DNA from: a virus
Direction: 5' to 3' (one strand)
Virus genome (UHGV): UHGV-0257549
DNA length: 15,649 nt
The notes below the pieces were generated by a model. That model was not told the DNA's origin, did not search any database, and was given only the letters and a program-made list of their open reading frames with translations. Positions 1 to 8,768 of the stretch are shown here, piece by piece (position 1 is the stretch's first letter; the number at the start of each line of letters is the position of its first letter). Both the position numbers and the translations under genes were made by a program.

Positions 1-474
1 CGTTTCAGTCGGTGTGGACAGTACAAAAGAGACACTGACCGCGCTCAGTTCGCTGCACTGCTCGATGCGCCAGCGGCTGATCACCTCCTGCTCCGGATCG
101 GCTTCGCTGTTTCCGTTGACGAAGTTCACCGCATCCAGAAAGCGGGCGTAAACCTTACGCCGGACCACCGTTCCTCCGACCAGACTCTGCAGGTCTTCCG
201 CCATCCCGGTGACCATGCCGTGCAGGTTAGAAACCGTCAGTGTCGGACGGGCAGCACTGCCCTTGCCGTTCATCTCAAATCCACTCCCCTGAATGGGATA
301 GGCCTGATACTGCCGACTCTGCCAGGTGACAGACTCACCTTTTTCGTTCTGCTCATTACAGAAAAAGTAGCGATCCCCGCCTACCTCGGTCAGGTCGATT
401 TCCCAGAGCACCACGCTGGCCGACTGCTCCGCACGGGTGCATTCATTCAGTGTTTCCTGCCGGATATCCTGCAT
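1..474 (-). CDS. L: Tail protein L (gpL), N-terminal 158 codons only; the 3' end runs off the window start
   Basis: Minus-strand ATG at 472-474 overlaps the M stop codon (ATGA coupling). The frame is open to position 1 and begins MQDIRQETLNECTRAEQS, which I recognise as the lambda gpL N-terminus. Position immediately downstream of M fits lambda gene order. Confidence 0.85.
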   Translation of the reverse strand, partial: MQDIRQETLNECTRAEQSASVVLWEIDLTEVGGDRYFFCNEQNEKGESVTWQSRQYQAYPIQGSGFEMNGKGSAARPTLTVSNLHGMVTGMAEDLQSLVGGTVVRRKVYARFLDAVNFVNGNSEADPEQEVISRWRIEQCSELSAVSVSFVLSTPTET

Positions 475-803
475 CAGTTCACCACCTGTTCAAACTCTGC
501 GCTGAACTCAACACGCAGCATACTGACCCGCGACGACCATTTTGCGCAGGTCACCTTTATCTGCCGCCACTCATAAGGCGGCGTCCACAGAAAGGCTTTC
601 CAGCCCCCGTGCTCTTCCAGAAACGACTCCAGTACCGTGGCCTCCTCACGGGGGACAGAAAGCGTCACGCTGTACGTTTTCAGGTTGGCATTCAGCCCGG
701 CAGGCGCTCGCTGGGAACAGCCATCACCAAAGCGCACCTTTCTTACAGAAGGGGCCGAAGCCACATCCATACCGGGTTTCACTTTCCAGCGGAAGGTTTT
801 CAT
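474..803 (-). CDS. M: Tail protein M (gpM), 109 aa
   Basis: ORF 474..803 (-), 109 aa starting MKTFRWKVKPGMDVAS; same length and near-identical sequence to lambda gpM from memory. Start overlaps the H stop (ATGA). Confidence 0.93.
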   Translation of the reverse strand: MKTFRWKVKPGMDVASAPSVRKVRFGDGCSQRAPAGLNANLKTYSVTLSVPREEATVLESFLEEHGGWKAFLWTPPYEWRQIKVTCAKWSSRVSMLRVEFSAEFEQVVN

Positions 804-3361
804 CGTCCACCTCCGGAGAACAGACCACCATCACGCATCTGCCCGGTCACAACATCCATTGCCGCCTTACGGGCTACGTCATAAACAGCCTTCAGCGCCT
901 GTGGCCCTATCTGACCGTTCGTGCCGTCGTTGTTAATCACCACATGGTTATTCTGCTCAAACGTCCCGGACGCCTGCGACCGACTGTCCGCCATGCTGCC
1001 CGGTGTACCGACATAACCGCCGGTGGCATAGCCGCGCATCAGCCGGTAAAGATTCCCCACGCCAATCCGGCTGGTTGCCTCCTTCGTGAAGACAAATTCA
1101 CCACGGTGAACAATCCCCGCTGGCTCATATTTGCCGCCGGTTCCCGTAAATCCTCCGGTTGCAAAATGGAATTTCGCCGCAGCGGCCTGAATGGCTGTAC
1201 CGCCTGACGCGGATGCGCCGCCACCAACAGCCCCGCCAATGGCGCTGCCGATACTCCCGACAATCCCCACCATTGCCTGCTTAAGCAGAATTTCTGTCAT
1301 CATGGACAGCACGGAACGGGTGAAGCTGCGCCAGTTCTGCTCACTGCCGGTCAGCATCGCCGCCATATTCTGTGCAATACCATCAAAGGTCTGCGTGGCT
1401 GCACTTTTTACCTGCGACATACTGTCCGTGGCGCTCTCTTCCCACTCACTCCAGCCGGACTTCAGGCCTGCCATCCAGCTCCCGCGAAGCTGGTCTTCAG
1501 CCGCCCAGGTCTTTTTCTGCTCTGACATGACGTTATTCAGCGCCAGCGGATTATCGCCATACTGTTCCTTCAGGCGCTGTTCCGTGGCTTCCCGTTCTGC
1601 CTGCCGGTCAGTCAGCCCCCGGCTTTTCGCATCAATGGCGGCCCGTTTTGCCCGTTGCTGCTGTGCGAATTTATCCGCCTGCTGCGCCAGCGCGTTCAGG
1701 CGCTCCTGATACGTAACCTTGTCGCCAAGTGCAGCCAGCTGGCGTTTGTACTCCAGCGTCTCATCTTTATGCGCCAGCAGGGATTTCTCCTGTGCGGACA
1801 GCTGGCGACGTTGTGCCGCCTCCTCCAGTACCGCGAACTGACTTTCTGCCTTCCACAAATCCCGGCGCTGCTGGCTGATTTTCTCATCCGCTCCGGCATG
1901 CTTCTCCAGCGTCCGGAGTTCTGCCTGAAGCGTCAGCAGGGCAGCATGAGCACTGTCTTCCTGACGATCGCCCGCAGACACCTTCACGCCGGACTGTTTC
2001 GGCTTTTTCAGCGTCGCTTCATAATCCTTTTTCGCCGCCGCCATCAGCGTGTTGTAATCCGCCTGCAGGATTTTCCCGTCTTTCAGTGCCTTGTTCAGTT
2101 CTTCCTGACGGGCGGTATATTTCTCCAGCGGCGTCTGCAGCCGTTCGTAAGCCTTCTGCGCCTCTTCGGTATATTTCAGCCGTGACGCTTCGGTATCGCT
2201 CTGCTGCTGCGCATTTTTGTCCTGTTGAGTCTGCTGCTCAGCCTTCTTTCGGGCGGCTTCAAGCGCAAGACGGGCCTTTTCACGATCATCCCAGTAACGC
2301 GCCCGCGCTTCATCGTTAACAAAATAATCATCCTTGCGCAGATTCCAGATGTCGTCTGCTTTCTTAAACGCAGCCTCTGCCTTAATCAGCATCTCCTGCG
2401 CGGTATCAGGACGACCAATATCCAGCACCGCATCCCACATGGATTTGAATGCCCGTGCTGTCCTGTCTGCCCAGGTTTCCAGCGTGCCCATGTTCTCTTT
2501 CAAGCGTCGGGTCTGGTCATCAAACCCTTTCGTTGCGGCCTCGTTCGCCGCCTGCAATGCCCCGGCTTCATCGCCGGAACGCTGCAACTGAGCAACATAC
2601 GCAATCTGCTCCGCCGTCACGTTATGGAACTGGCGTGCCATCGCCGTCAGCCCCGACGTCGGGTCTGTGGTCAGCTTCCCGAAGGCTTCAGCGACCTTGT
2701 CCACCTCCACGCCGGATGCAGAGGAGAAACGCGCCACACTCTGGCTGATGGACGCAATCTGAGCCTCACCGCTTACCCCCGCCTTAACCAGTGCGCTGAG
2801 TGACTCGCTGGTCTGGTTAAACGTCAGCCCTGCCGCCTGCCCGGCTCTGGACAGGACCAGCATACGATCTGCCGTCAGTCCCGCCTGATTGCCGGAAAGG
2901 ACCAGCGTTTTGTTGAAATCGGACAGGGTTGAGTTGCCCTGATACCAGGCATACGCCAGCGCTCCGGTCGCCACCGCCAGCGAGGTAGCCCCCACCATCG
3001 GCAGGGTGATCGCACCGGCAAGCCCCCGGAACATGGGGATCATCCCGCCGAAGGAGTCCTTCACCTGACCCCCCTGTTGCAGCAGGATCAGCCACGGACT
3101 TTGCCCGCCTGCAAGCTGCGTGGCCACGTCAGTGAACTGCGCAGGCAGCATACGCATGGCGGCTTTATACTGCCCGACGGAAATTCCCGCTTTCTGTGCA
3201 GCCAGCGCCTGCCGGTTCATCGACTGTTCAACGACTGCCGCTGTTTTTTTCGCATCACTTTCCGTACCGGAAAAATGACGCCTGACTCTGGCCATCTGCT
3301 CGTCAAATCTGGCCGCATCCAGACTCAAATCAACGACCAGATCGCCTACCGGTTCAGCCAT
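800..3361 (-). CDS. H: Tail tape measure protein H (gpH), 853 aa
   Basis: ORF 800..3361 (-), 853 aa, the lambda gpH length. Long coiled-coil-like Ala/Gln/Glu/Lys/Arg-rich central region and Gly-rich hydrophobic C-terminal part typical of tape measure proteins. Sits between T/G and M. Confidence 0.95.
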   Translation of the reverse strand: MAEPVGDLVVDLSLDAARFDEQMARVRRHFSGTESDAKKTAAVVEQSMNRQALAAQKAGISVGQYKAAMRMLPAQFTDVATQLAGGQSPWLILLQQGGQVKDSFGGMIPMFRGLAGAITLPMVGATSLAVATGALAYAWYQGNSTLSDFNKTLVLSGNQAGLTADRMLVLSRAGQAAGLTFNQTSESLSALVKAGVSGEAQIASISQSVARFSSASGVEVDKVAEAFGKLTTDPTSGLTAMARQFHNVTAEQIAYVAQLQRSGDEAGALQAANEAATKGFDDQTRRLKENMGTLETWADRTARAFKSMWDAVLDIGRPDTAQEMLIKAEAAFKKADDIWNLRKDDYFVNDEARARYWDDREKARLALEAARKKAEQQTQQDKNAQQQSDTEASRLKYTEEAQKAYERLQTPLEKYTARQEELNKALKDGKILQADYNTLMAAAKKDYEATLKKPKQSGVKVSAGDRQEDSAHAALLTLQAELRTLEKHAGADEKISQQRRDLWKAESQFAVLEEAAQRRQLSAQEKSLLAHKDETLEYKRQLAALGDKVTYQERLNALAQQADKFAQQQRAKRAAIDAKSRGLTDRQAEREATEQRLKEQYGDNPLALNNVMSEQKKTWAAEDQLRGSWMAGLKSGWSEWEESATDSMSQVKSAATQTFDGIAQNMAAMLTGSEQNWRSFTRSVLSMMTEILLKQAMVGIVGSIGSAIGGAVGGGASASGGTAIQAAAAKFHFATGGFTGTGGKYEPAGIVHRGEFVFTKEATSRIGVGNLYRLMRGYATGGYVGTPGSMADSRSQASGTFEQNNHVVINNDGTNGQIGPQALKAVYDVARKAAMDVVTGQMRDGGLFSGGGR

Positions 3362-3788
3362 ACCGGACTCCTCCTGCGATCCCTTCTGATACTGTCATCA
3401 GCATTACGTCATCCTCCGTCATGTCCGCCACATCCGGGGAAGCGGGGATAACTTCATTCCCGTCCGGGCCAAAGCGGACGCCTCCGGCAAGCCCTGCCGC
3501 TTTCTGCATCAGCACATCATCTTCAGGCTCTTCGTCAGCCTCGCGCCGGTTCAGCAGACTGAAATCCAGCGGATGCATATCCGGATCGCTGAAAAACAGG
3601 CTGAGTACGGTGTACGTCAGCCCGGAAAAGTGCATATCCAGCAGAACATCATGAAAATAATGGGTACTGTAAAAGCGGTGCCAGTCGGCATACTCCGTGG
3701 ATGACATCCCGGCAAGCATGGCGCGCCAGTCGGGTCGCCCCATCTCACGCGCCAGTTTCAGGGCAAAACTCAGCTCACCGTCGAACAC
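3354..3788 (-). CDS. T: T-frame portion of the tail assembly chaperone gpGT, made by programmed -1 frameshift from G; no independent start expected
   Basis: Open frame 3354..3788 (-) in the -1 frame relative to G, entered at the slippery heptamer. Its stop overlaps H codons 2-3. The in-frame start in the ORF track is a GTG inside the slip site, not a real initiation site. Confidence 0.85.
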   Translation of the reverse strand: MFDGELSFALKLAREMGRPDWRAMLAGMSSTEYADWHRFYSTHYFHDVLLDMHFSGLTYTVLSLFFSDPDMHPLDFSLLNRREADEEPEDDVLMQKAAGLAGGVRFGPDGNEVIPASPDVADMTEDDVMLMTVSEGIAGGVRYG

Positions 3789-4192
3789 TTTCCCGCAGAA
3801 ACAGGCTCTGCTGGCCCGGCGTCATCTGCCTGTTCAGGTGCATCATTCACAACAAACTCAGACATACCGGACAGACGCATTACCACATTTTCAGCCTGAG
3901 CAATTGCCTCTGTGGGCCAGGTGGTAAGCACTTCCTGCTCAATTTGTTTAACGGCTTCATTCATGGACGGCATCTTTGTCTTCTGCGGATGGCTATGCCA
4001 CAGGGACATCGCCACCAGAAAAGCACCGGTTCTGACGAGATCTTCCACGCTCACCTGTCGATTGAGACTGGATCCCGCCTGTTCTGCCTGTCGTTTCAGC
4101 AGGGCGAGATGCTCAATTCGCTGCAGGGCTGACAGTTCAGAAAGCGTGACGCTCACACCGTTATATTCAAATGATTCGGTTTTCAGGAACAT
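3770..4192 (-). CDS. G: Tail assembly chaperone G (gpG), 140 aa
   Basis: ORF 3770..4192 (-), 140 aa, MFLKTESFEYNGVSVTLSEL; lambda gpG length and sequence from memory. Ends ...SAGKCSTVS, with the slip site near its 3' end. Confidence 0.93.
   Translation of the reverse strand: MFLKTESFEYNGVSVTLSELSALQRIEHLALLKRQAEQAGSSLNRQVSVEDLVRTGAFLVAMSLWHSHPQKTKMPSMNEAVKQIEQEVLTTWPTEAIAQAENVVMRLSGMSEFVVNDAPEQADDAGPAEPVSAGKCSTVS
3788..3794 (-). promoter_or_regulatory. Programmed -1 ribosomal frameshift slippery heptamer G GGA AAG (G to G-T)
   Basis: Minus-strand sequence GCG GGA AAG in the G zero frame at 3794..3788 (plus strand reads ctttccc). Classic X XXY YYZ motif located 6 codons before the G stop. 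Confidence 0.85.
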
Positions 4193-4207
4193 CGCTGACT
4201 CTCCGGA

Positions 4208-4948
4208 TTAACTGTCGGTGACGGTGATTTCTGCAACCACAGCAAGTTCACCATTACCGGATACAACCGGAATGTTGACCTTGCCTGCAGCAACACCTTT
4301 CACGGTGATGGTCATACCACTGACCGACACGGTGGCTTTTGTTTTATCCGCAGACACCGCACGGAAGCTCTTGTCGGTTGCGCCTTCCGGCTGGAATGCC
4401 ACGGTCAGCGTGGTGCTCTGCCCTTTCACCACCGAGGTGCTGGCAGGCGTCACGGTCATGCCGGTTGCCGCTGTGACCGTGCTGCGATCTTCTGCCATCG
4501 ACGGGCGTCCCACATTGGTGACCTTCACCGTGCGGGTGATCACTTCCTTCGCCGTCACCGCTTTACCGATACTGCTGACCCAGCCACGGAACACATCGAC
4601 CGTGCCGTTCGGGAAGCGGATTTTATAGGCACGGGTATCACCTTCATTAAACCACGCCAGCAGCGCCTGCTGCCCCTGCTCTCCGGGCATCCACGCCAGC
4701 GTGAAGCTGGTATCTCCGGCTGATTTCTGCCCCTGCCCGGTCGCAGTCCAGTCCGCATCTTCATCATCGAGATAGCTGTCGTCATAGGACTCAGCGGTCA
4801 GTTCGCCGGGCGTCAGGTCTTTAACTTTTGCCAGACGCGACCAGTCAACGTCTGAAAGCGGATTCGCATAAGGGTCACCGCTCCCCTTATAAACCCACAG
4901 GGTGGTCCCGGCACCTTTCACCGGCATTACAGGATTTGGTACAGGCAT
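4208..4948 (-). CDS. V: Major tail tube protein V (gpV), 246 aa, with C-terminal Ig-like domain
   Basis: ORF track gives 4208..4978; I place the start at the ATG at 4946-4948 ([16 protein letters not shown]), which has GAGGA about 7 nt upstream. The upstream ATG lies inside the end of U. 246 aa matches lambda gpV. The C-terminal Thr/Val/Ser-rich segment is typical of a Big_2-like domain. Confidence 0.9.
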   Translation of the reverse strand: MPVPNPVMPVKGAGTTLWVYKGSGDPYANPLSDVDWSRLAKVKDLTPGELTAESYDDSYLDDEDADWTATGQGQKSAGDTSFTLAWMPGEQGQQALLAWFNEGDTRAYKIRFPNGTVDVFRGWVSSIGKAVTAKEVITRTVKVTNVGRPSMAEDRSTVTAATGMTVTPASTSVVKGQSTTLTVAFQPEGATDKSFRAVSADKTKATVSVSGMTITVKGVAAGKVNIPVVSGNGELAVVAEITVTDS

Positions 4949-4955
4949 AGCGTCC

Positions 4956-5351
4956 TCACATTTCATAGGTAATGACATAAGTCAGATCGGCTGAACTCCA
5001 CAGGCCCGCATCATCGTCGCGTCGGTAGTCATAGCCACTGGCCACCATACTGGTGATCAACTCTGACAGTGCCGGGATATCGCTCATCACCGGATAAATC
5101 CGGGACTCCATCCACGCATCCAGCTCTGAATCCGGCACCTGAGCAGGCAGGAAAACTTCGATATGCAGCTCCGCCTGCCAGGTATCGCTGTCCAGCTCTT
5201 CGCCCGTGTATTCAGCGCCGGTGAGATAAACGGCAACTGCCGGAAAATCCGCCTCATCAAAAACAGCGGGGCGACCATCAAAAAACGTCGCCCCGGTGTC
5301 ATGCTTCTCCAGTGCATCCAGTACGGCTGCACGGAGTTCAGTATGTTTCAT
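4956..5351 (-). CDS. U: Tail terminator protein U (gpU), 131 aa
   Basis: ORF 4956..5351 (-), 131 aa, [17 protein letters not shown]; length and sequence match lambda gpU from memory. Start overlaps the Z stop (ATGA). Confidence 0.93.
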   Translation of the reverse strand: MKHTELRAAVLDALEKHDTGATFFDGRPAVFDEADFPAVAVYLTGAEYTGEELDSDTWQAELHIEVFLPAQVPDSELDAWMESRIYPVMSDIPALSELITSMVASGYDYRRDDDAGLWSSADLTYVITYEM

Positions 5352-5926
5352 CGCTTTATTACCATCCTCAGTTGATGCTGCAGCGCATAGCCCAGCTCTT
5401 TCGGAAGACGTTCACGCCGTATCCGCTCAATATTTTGTTTAAACGCCGTGGTCAGCGGCACCGCCATCGGGATTTTCACCACATCAATGGGGTAACGGTT
5501 TTTCCTGGCCACACGCTGCATGACATGCCACCGGCCATTTTTCAGTTGCTGAATAAACGCGCCGGGAATACGACGGTTTCCCACCACAAGCACGCTGCCG
5601 CCACCTTTCAGGGATGAACGCTGCCCCTTTTTACGACGTCTGCGGCGGGAAAGGACAACCCGCGCGTTACCCAGCTTGATTACGGGCAAATCCCCCCGGT
5701 TAACCCTGATTCTGGCCTGCGGATTTTTGACCGTGGCCCTTTTCAGCCTGGCCCTTTCCTTTACCAGTTTCCGGCGTACCTTTGTCTCACGGGCAACCTG
5801 TGACGCAGACTGCGATATCGCGGATGACGCAACGCGGTTAATGGCCATTGCGGCGGCACCAGGCACCGCCGTTTTGCTGATACGGCTGAGGTTTTCAACG
5901 GCCTGCTCAAGACCTTTTATGGCCAT
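5348..5926 (-). CDS. Z: Tail completion protein Z (gpZ), 192 aa
   Basis: ORF 5348..5926 (-), 192 aa, MAIKGLEQAVENLSRISK, with a basic RRRRRKKGQR patch; matches lambda gpZ length and sequence from memory. Confidence 0.93.
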   Translation of the reverse strand: MAIKGLEQAVENLSRISKTAVPGAAAMAINRVASSAISQSASQVARETKVRRKLVKERARLKRATVKNPQARIRVNRGDLPVIKLGNARVVLSRRRRRKKGQRSSLKGGGSVLVVGNRRIPGAFIQQLKNGRWHVMQRVARKNRYPIDVVKIPMAVPLTTAFKQNIERIRRERLPKELGYALQHQLRMVIKR

Positions 5927-5937
5927 ACATCCCCCTT

Positions 5938-6291
5938 TCAGCGGCGACGGTTAACGGCAGGCGGCACGCCACGCCCAAGCCAGAGATGACAGCTTCCGCC
6001 ATCATCCGGCGAAATCCGGTCCACCCAGAAGTTTTCCTCGCCGATGGTCAGTGTGTCTCCACGCCGCAGCTGCCGCACATCATCAGTCCGGACAAACAGG
6101 GACGGGCTGGAGCCTTCAACGCGCACCCCCTGTCCGGCATAGCTGATATTTTCAGGGTCATCAAAAACACCACGTATCACAGCACCGGACAGCTCACCGG
6201 ATGTCATGGTGGCTGACGTTCCCATGTACCCGCGTATCGTTTCATCGGCGCGGGCAATGGCAGCATCGAACAGGTTATCGGAATCAGCCAC
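5938..6291 (-). CDS. FII: Head-tail connector/head completion protein FII (gpFII), 117 aa
   Basis: ORF 5938..6291 (-), 117 aa, MADSDNLFDAAIARADETIRGYMG; matches lambda gpFII from memory. Confidence 0.93.
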   Translation of the reverse strand: MADSDNLFDAAIARADETIRGYMGTSATMTSGELSGAVIRGVFDDPENISYAGQGVRVEGSSPSLFVRTDDVRQLRRGDTLTIGEENFWVDRISPDDGGSCHLWLGRGVPPAVNRRR

Positions 6292-6302
6292 AGCGCCTCC
6301 CG

Positions 6303-6698
6303 TTATTGCATTCTGGCCAGGCCATGTTCTGTCATTTCGGCTGCCACACCGGCAGAGACACGAAACGCCGTTCCCGGCAGCACAAATGCCACAGCCTCAT
6401 CCCGCGTGGCGTGAAGTGCATCAGTATGCAGCGTCACCAGTGCCACAACCGTGACCAGATCAGCCGTATCAGTCACGGTATCCGGCTGCGCTGATACAAC
6501 CTCATTTTCACGTCCGGTCAGCGCATTTTCCGGGCTGACAGATGTGTCCTGACCAGCAGCGTCATCCGTGTCATCAAGCTCCTCTTCCAGCTCTGCCACA
6601 CGGAGTGCCAGTTCTTCTTTCGTCCCCGTCAGGCTGACATCACGGTTCAGTTGCTCACCCAGCACCTGAAGACGGGCAATCAGTTCATCTTTCGTCAT
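6303..6698 (-). CDS. FI: DNA packaging/head assembly protein FI (gpFI), 131 aa
   Basis: Start chosen at the ATG at 6696-6698 (MTKDELIARLQVLGEQ), preceded by GTGGAGGAG as ribosome binding site. The longer 144-aa ORF begins inside the upstream hairpin and is rejected. About one codon shorter than the lambda gpFI length I remember (132 aa). Confidence 0.88.
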   Translation of the reverse strand: MTKDELIARLQVLGEQLNRDVSLTGTKEELALRVAELEEELDDTDDAAGQDTSVSPENALTGRENEVVSAQPDTVTDTADLVTVVALVTLHTDALHATRDEAVAFVLPGTAFRVSAGVAAEMTEHGLARMQ

Positions 6699-6719
6699 GG
6701 ACTCCTCCACAGAGAGAAA

Positions 6720-6737
6720 ATGGCCCCGAAGGGCCAT
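6720..6737 (-). terminator. Stem-loop immediately after the E stop codon (7-bp stem, 4-nt loop) followed by a T-rich run on the coding strand
   Basis: Perfect palindrome atggccc-cgaa-gggccat at 6720..6737. The minus-strand downstream sequence is TTTTCTCTCTG. It lies in the 41-nt E-FI intergenic gap. Confidence 0.5.
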
Positions 6738-6739
6738 GA

Positions 6740-7765
6740 TTACGCCAGTTGTACGGACACGAACGCATCAGGGTCAGCCAGCAGCATCAGCGGTGCTGAC
6801 TGAATCATGGTGAACTCACGCGCCGGATCGCCGGTGGTCACCCAGTTTTTCGGGTAGCGGGCAGAGGCGTTAATACCTTCGCGCTGTGCGTCCGCATCCT
6901 GAATGCAGCCATAGGTGCGCAGACCGCGTGCCTGAGTGTTCCCCAGCACCATCGTGTTGTCCGGCAGGAAGTTCTTTTTGACGTCGTTTTCCACGTACTG
7001 TCCGGAATACACGACGATCGCCGTATCGCCATACATCCCCTTATAGGACACCGCTTCGCCCAGGTCTTTTACCGCTGTCTCCAGCTCGGAATTAGAGCCG
7101 CGACGGGTATCCAGCTTCTCCTTGACGGCTTTGAAGGAACGGAACAGCGCCCAGCCTTTCGGATCAAACACGATGATATTCACCACACCGCTGGCGTTCA
7201 GCGCGTAGGCTTCGATATCGTCGGTCGGGTCATACGTGGACTTGTCACGCTTGCTCCACTCCGTACCGCCGGACTGCGTGATGTTGTTCGCCACACTGCG
7301 GCCCATATCCACTTCAACCGGATCGAAGGCTTCACCGGTCATGGTATATTTGCCCTTAAGCACGGCAGAAACGGCCTGCATCTCTTCGACCTGAGCAATG
7401 GCCAGCTCTTCGTCTCGCATGTTCTGCAGGATGATGCGACGGCGGCGGTAAGCCGGGTCCGCCAGATTCTGTGGATCTTCATCCGGCAGGCGACGCAGGG
7501 TCATCTGCGGATTCACCTCATGCTTCGGCTTGACATATCCCGGTGTAAATTCAGAGGTGGAGCCGCCACGGGAGCGGATAACCTCACCGGAAACAATCGG
7601 CGAAACGTACAGCGCCATGTTTACCAGTCCCGGAATTTGTGAGAGATAGACTTTCTCCGTGGTGAAGGGATAGCTCTCACGGAAAAAGAGACGCAGAAAC
7701 AGCGGATCAAACTTAAATTTCTTCTCATTTGCCGCCAGCAGCTGGGCGGTTGTGTACATCGACAT
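6740..7765 (-). CDS. E: Major capsid protein E (gpE), 341 aa
   Basis: Start placed at the ATG at 7763-7765 (MSMYTTAQLLAANEKKFKF), giving 341 aa, the lambda gpE length. The 9-codon upstream extension in the ORF track runs into the D-E hairpin. Sequence is near-identical to lambda gpE from memory. Confidence 0.93.
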   Translation of the reverse strand: MSMYTTAQLLAANEKKFKFDPLFLRLFFRESYPFTTEKVYLSQIPGLVNMALYVSPIVSGEVIRSRGGSTSEFTPGYVKPKHEVNPQMTLRRLPDEDPQNLADPAYRRRRIILQNMRDEELAIAQVEEMQAVSAVLKGKYTMTGEAFDPVEVDMGRSVANNITQSGGTEWSKRDKSTYDPTDDIEAYALNASGVVNIIVFDPKGWALFRSFKAVKEKLDTRRGSNSELETAVKDLGEAVSYKGMYGDTAIVVYSGQYVENDVKKNFLPDNTMVLGNTQARGLRTYGCIQDADAQREGINASARYPKNWVTTGDPAREFTMIQSAPLMLLADPDAFVSVQLA

Positions 7766-7778
7766 AAAAAAATCCCGT

Positions 7779-7800
7779 AAAAAAAGCCGCACAGGCGGCC
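7779..7800 (-). terminator. GC stem-loop plus U-tract between D and E (rho-independent terminator-like attenuator)
   Basis: Minus strand reads GGCCGCCTGTGCGGC followed by TTTTTTT (plus strand 7781..7799 aaaaagccgcacaggcggc). Lies between the D stop and the E start. Confidence 0.55.
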
Positions 7801-7820
7801 TTTAGTGATGAAGGGTAAGG

Positions 7821-8153
7821 TTAAACGATGCTGATTGCCGTTCCGGCAAACGCGGTCCGCTTTTTCGTCTCGTCGCTGGCAGCCTCCGGCCAGAGCACAT
7901 CCTCATAACGGAACGTGCCGGACTTGTAGAACGTCAGCGTGGTGCTGGTCTGGTCAGCAGCAACCGCCAGAATGCCAACGGCAGCACCGTCGGTGGTGCC
8001 ATCCCACACAACCAGCTTACGGGTGGAGGTGTCCAGCATCAGCGGGGTCATTGCAGGCGCTTTCGCACTCAATCCGCCGGGCGCGGTTGCCGTATGTGCC
8101 GGGTCACTGTTGCCCAGCGGCTGGTAATGGGTAAAGGTTTCTTTGCTCGTCAT
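7821..8153 (-). CDS. D: Head decoration protein D (gpD), 110 aa
   Basis: Start at the ATG at 8151-8153 ([20 protein letters not shown]) gives 110 aa as in lambda gpD. The ORF track's 112-aa version starts 2 codons upstream. Confidence 0.92.
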   Translation of the reverse strand: MTSKETFTHYQPLGNSDPAHTATAPGGLSAKAPAMTPLMLDTSTRKLVVWDGTTDGAAVGILAVAADQTSTTLTFYKSGTFRYEDVLWPEAASDETKKRTAFAGTAISIV

Positions 8154-8162
8154 AAACATCCC

Positions 8163-8768
8163 TTACACTGGTGTGTTCAGCAAATCGTTAACGGCATCAG
8201 ATGCCGGGTTACCTGCAGCCAGCGGTGCCGGTGCCCCCTGCATCAGACGATCCAGCGCAGTGTCACTGCGCGCCTGTGCACTCTGTGGTGCAGCTGCCAG
8301 AATGCGGCGGGCCGTTTCCACGGTCATACCGGGGGTTTCGGCCAGCACGCGTGCCTGTTCTTCGCGTCCGTGAGCCTCCTCACAGTTGAGGATCCCCATA
8401 ATGCGACTGTTTTCTGCCGCAACCGCTGCGGTGATCTGCGCGTTCACGTCCGGCTGCGCCGCGCTGGCGTTCTCGCCCTCCGTCGCTTGCACCACGCCAG
8501 TAACGTCAGCCTGCGAAGCAGTGGCTGAAACAGTTGTTGATTGAGTCTCTTTGGTCATTCGCCCTCCTGAGAGACGGGATTTACGTGCATCCAGTGCATC
8601 ACGCATGACGGTGATCGCATCGGTACTGTTAACAAGTTCATCAGCCAGTCCGGCATCAATGGCCTCCTGACCGCTGTACACTGCAGCCTCGGTATCCAGC
8701 ACAGCCTGCACGGACAGGCCGGTATATGCCGACACCTTCTGTGCAAACATCCGGCGGGTTGCATCCAT
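8163..8768 (-). CDS. Nu3: Scaffolding protein Nu3, in-frame internal start within C, 201 aa
   Basis: In-frame ATG at 8766-8768 (MDATRRMFAQKVSAYTGL) shares the C stop codon. This is the known nested C/Nu3 arrangement in lambda. Assignment rests on homology and position, not on a strong ribosome binding site. Confidence 0.7.
   Translation of the reverse strand: MDATRRMFAQKVSAYTGLSVQAVLDTEAAVYSGQEAIDAGLADELVNSTDAITVMRDALDARKSRLSGGRMTKETQSTTVSATASQADVTGVVQATEGENASAAQPDVNAQITAAVAAENSRIMGILNCEEAHGREEQARVLAETPGMTVETARRILAAAPQSAQARSDTALDRLMQGAPAPLAAGNPASDAVNDLLNTPV

Noticed and set aside
542-1207. 221-aa plus-strand ORF, with other plus-strand ORFs at 220..576, 450..884, 1191..1709, 1655..2185, 2225..2803
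   Set aside because: All are antisense to L, M or the tape measure gene H. Long open antisense frames are expected opposite repetitive Ala/Gln/Lys-rich coding sequence; none has a convincing start context.
4208-4978. 256-aa version of V starting [10 protein letters not shown]
   Set aside because: The extension overlaps the last codons of U. The ATG at 4948 has a GAGGA ribosome binding site and gives the expected 246-aa gpV.
6303-6737. 144-aa version of FI starting MALRGHFLSVEES
   Set aside because: The upstream ATG lies inside the E-FI hairpin with no ribosome binding site. The downstream ATG at 6698 has GGAGGAG upstream and matches the lambda gpFI N-terminus MTKDELIARL.
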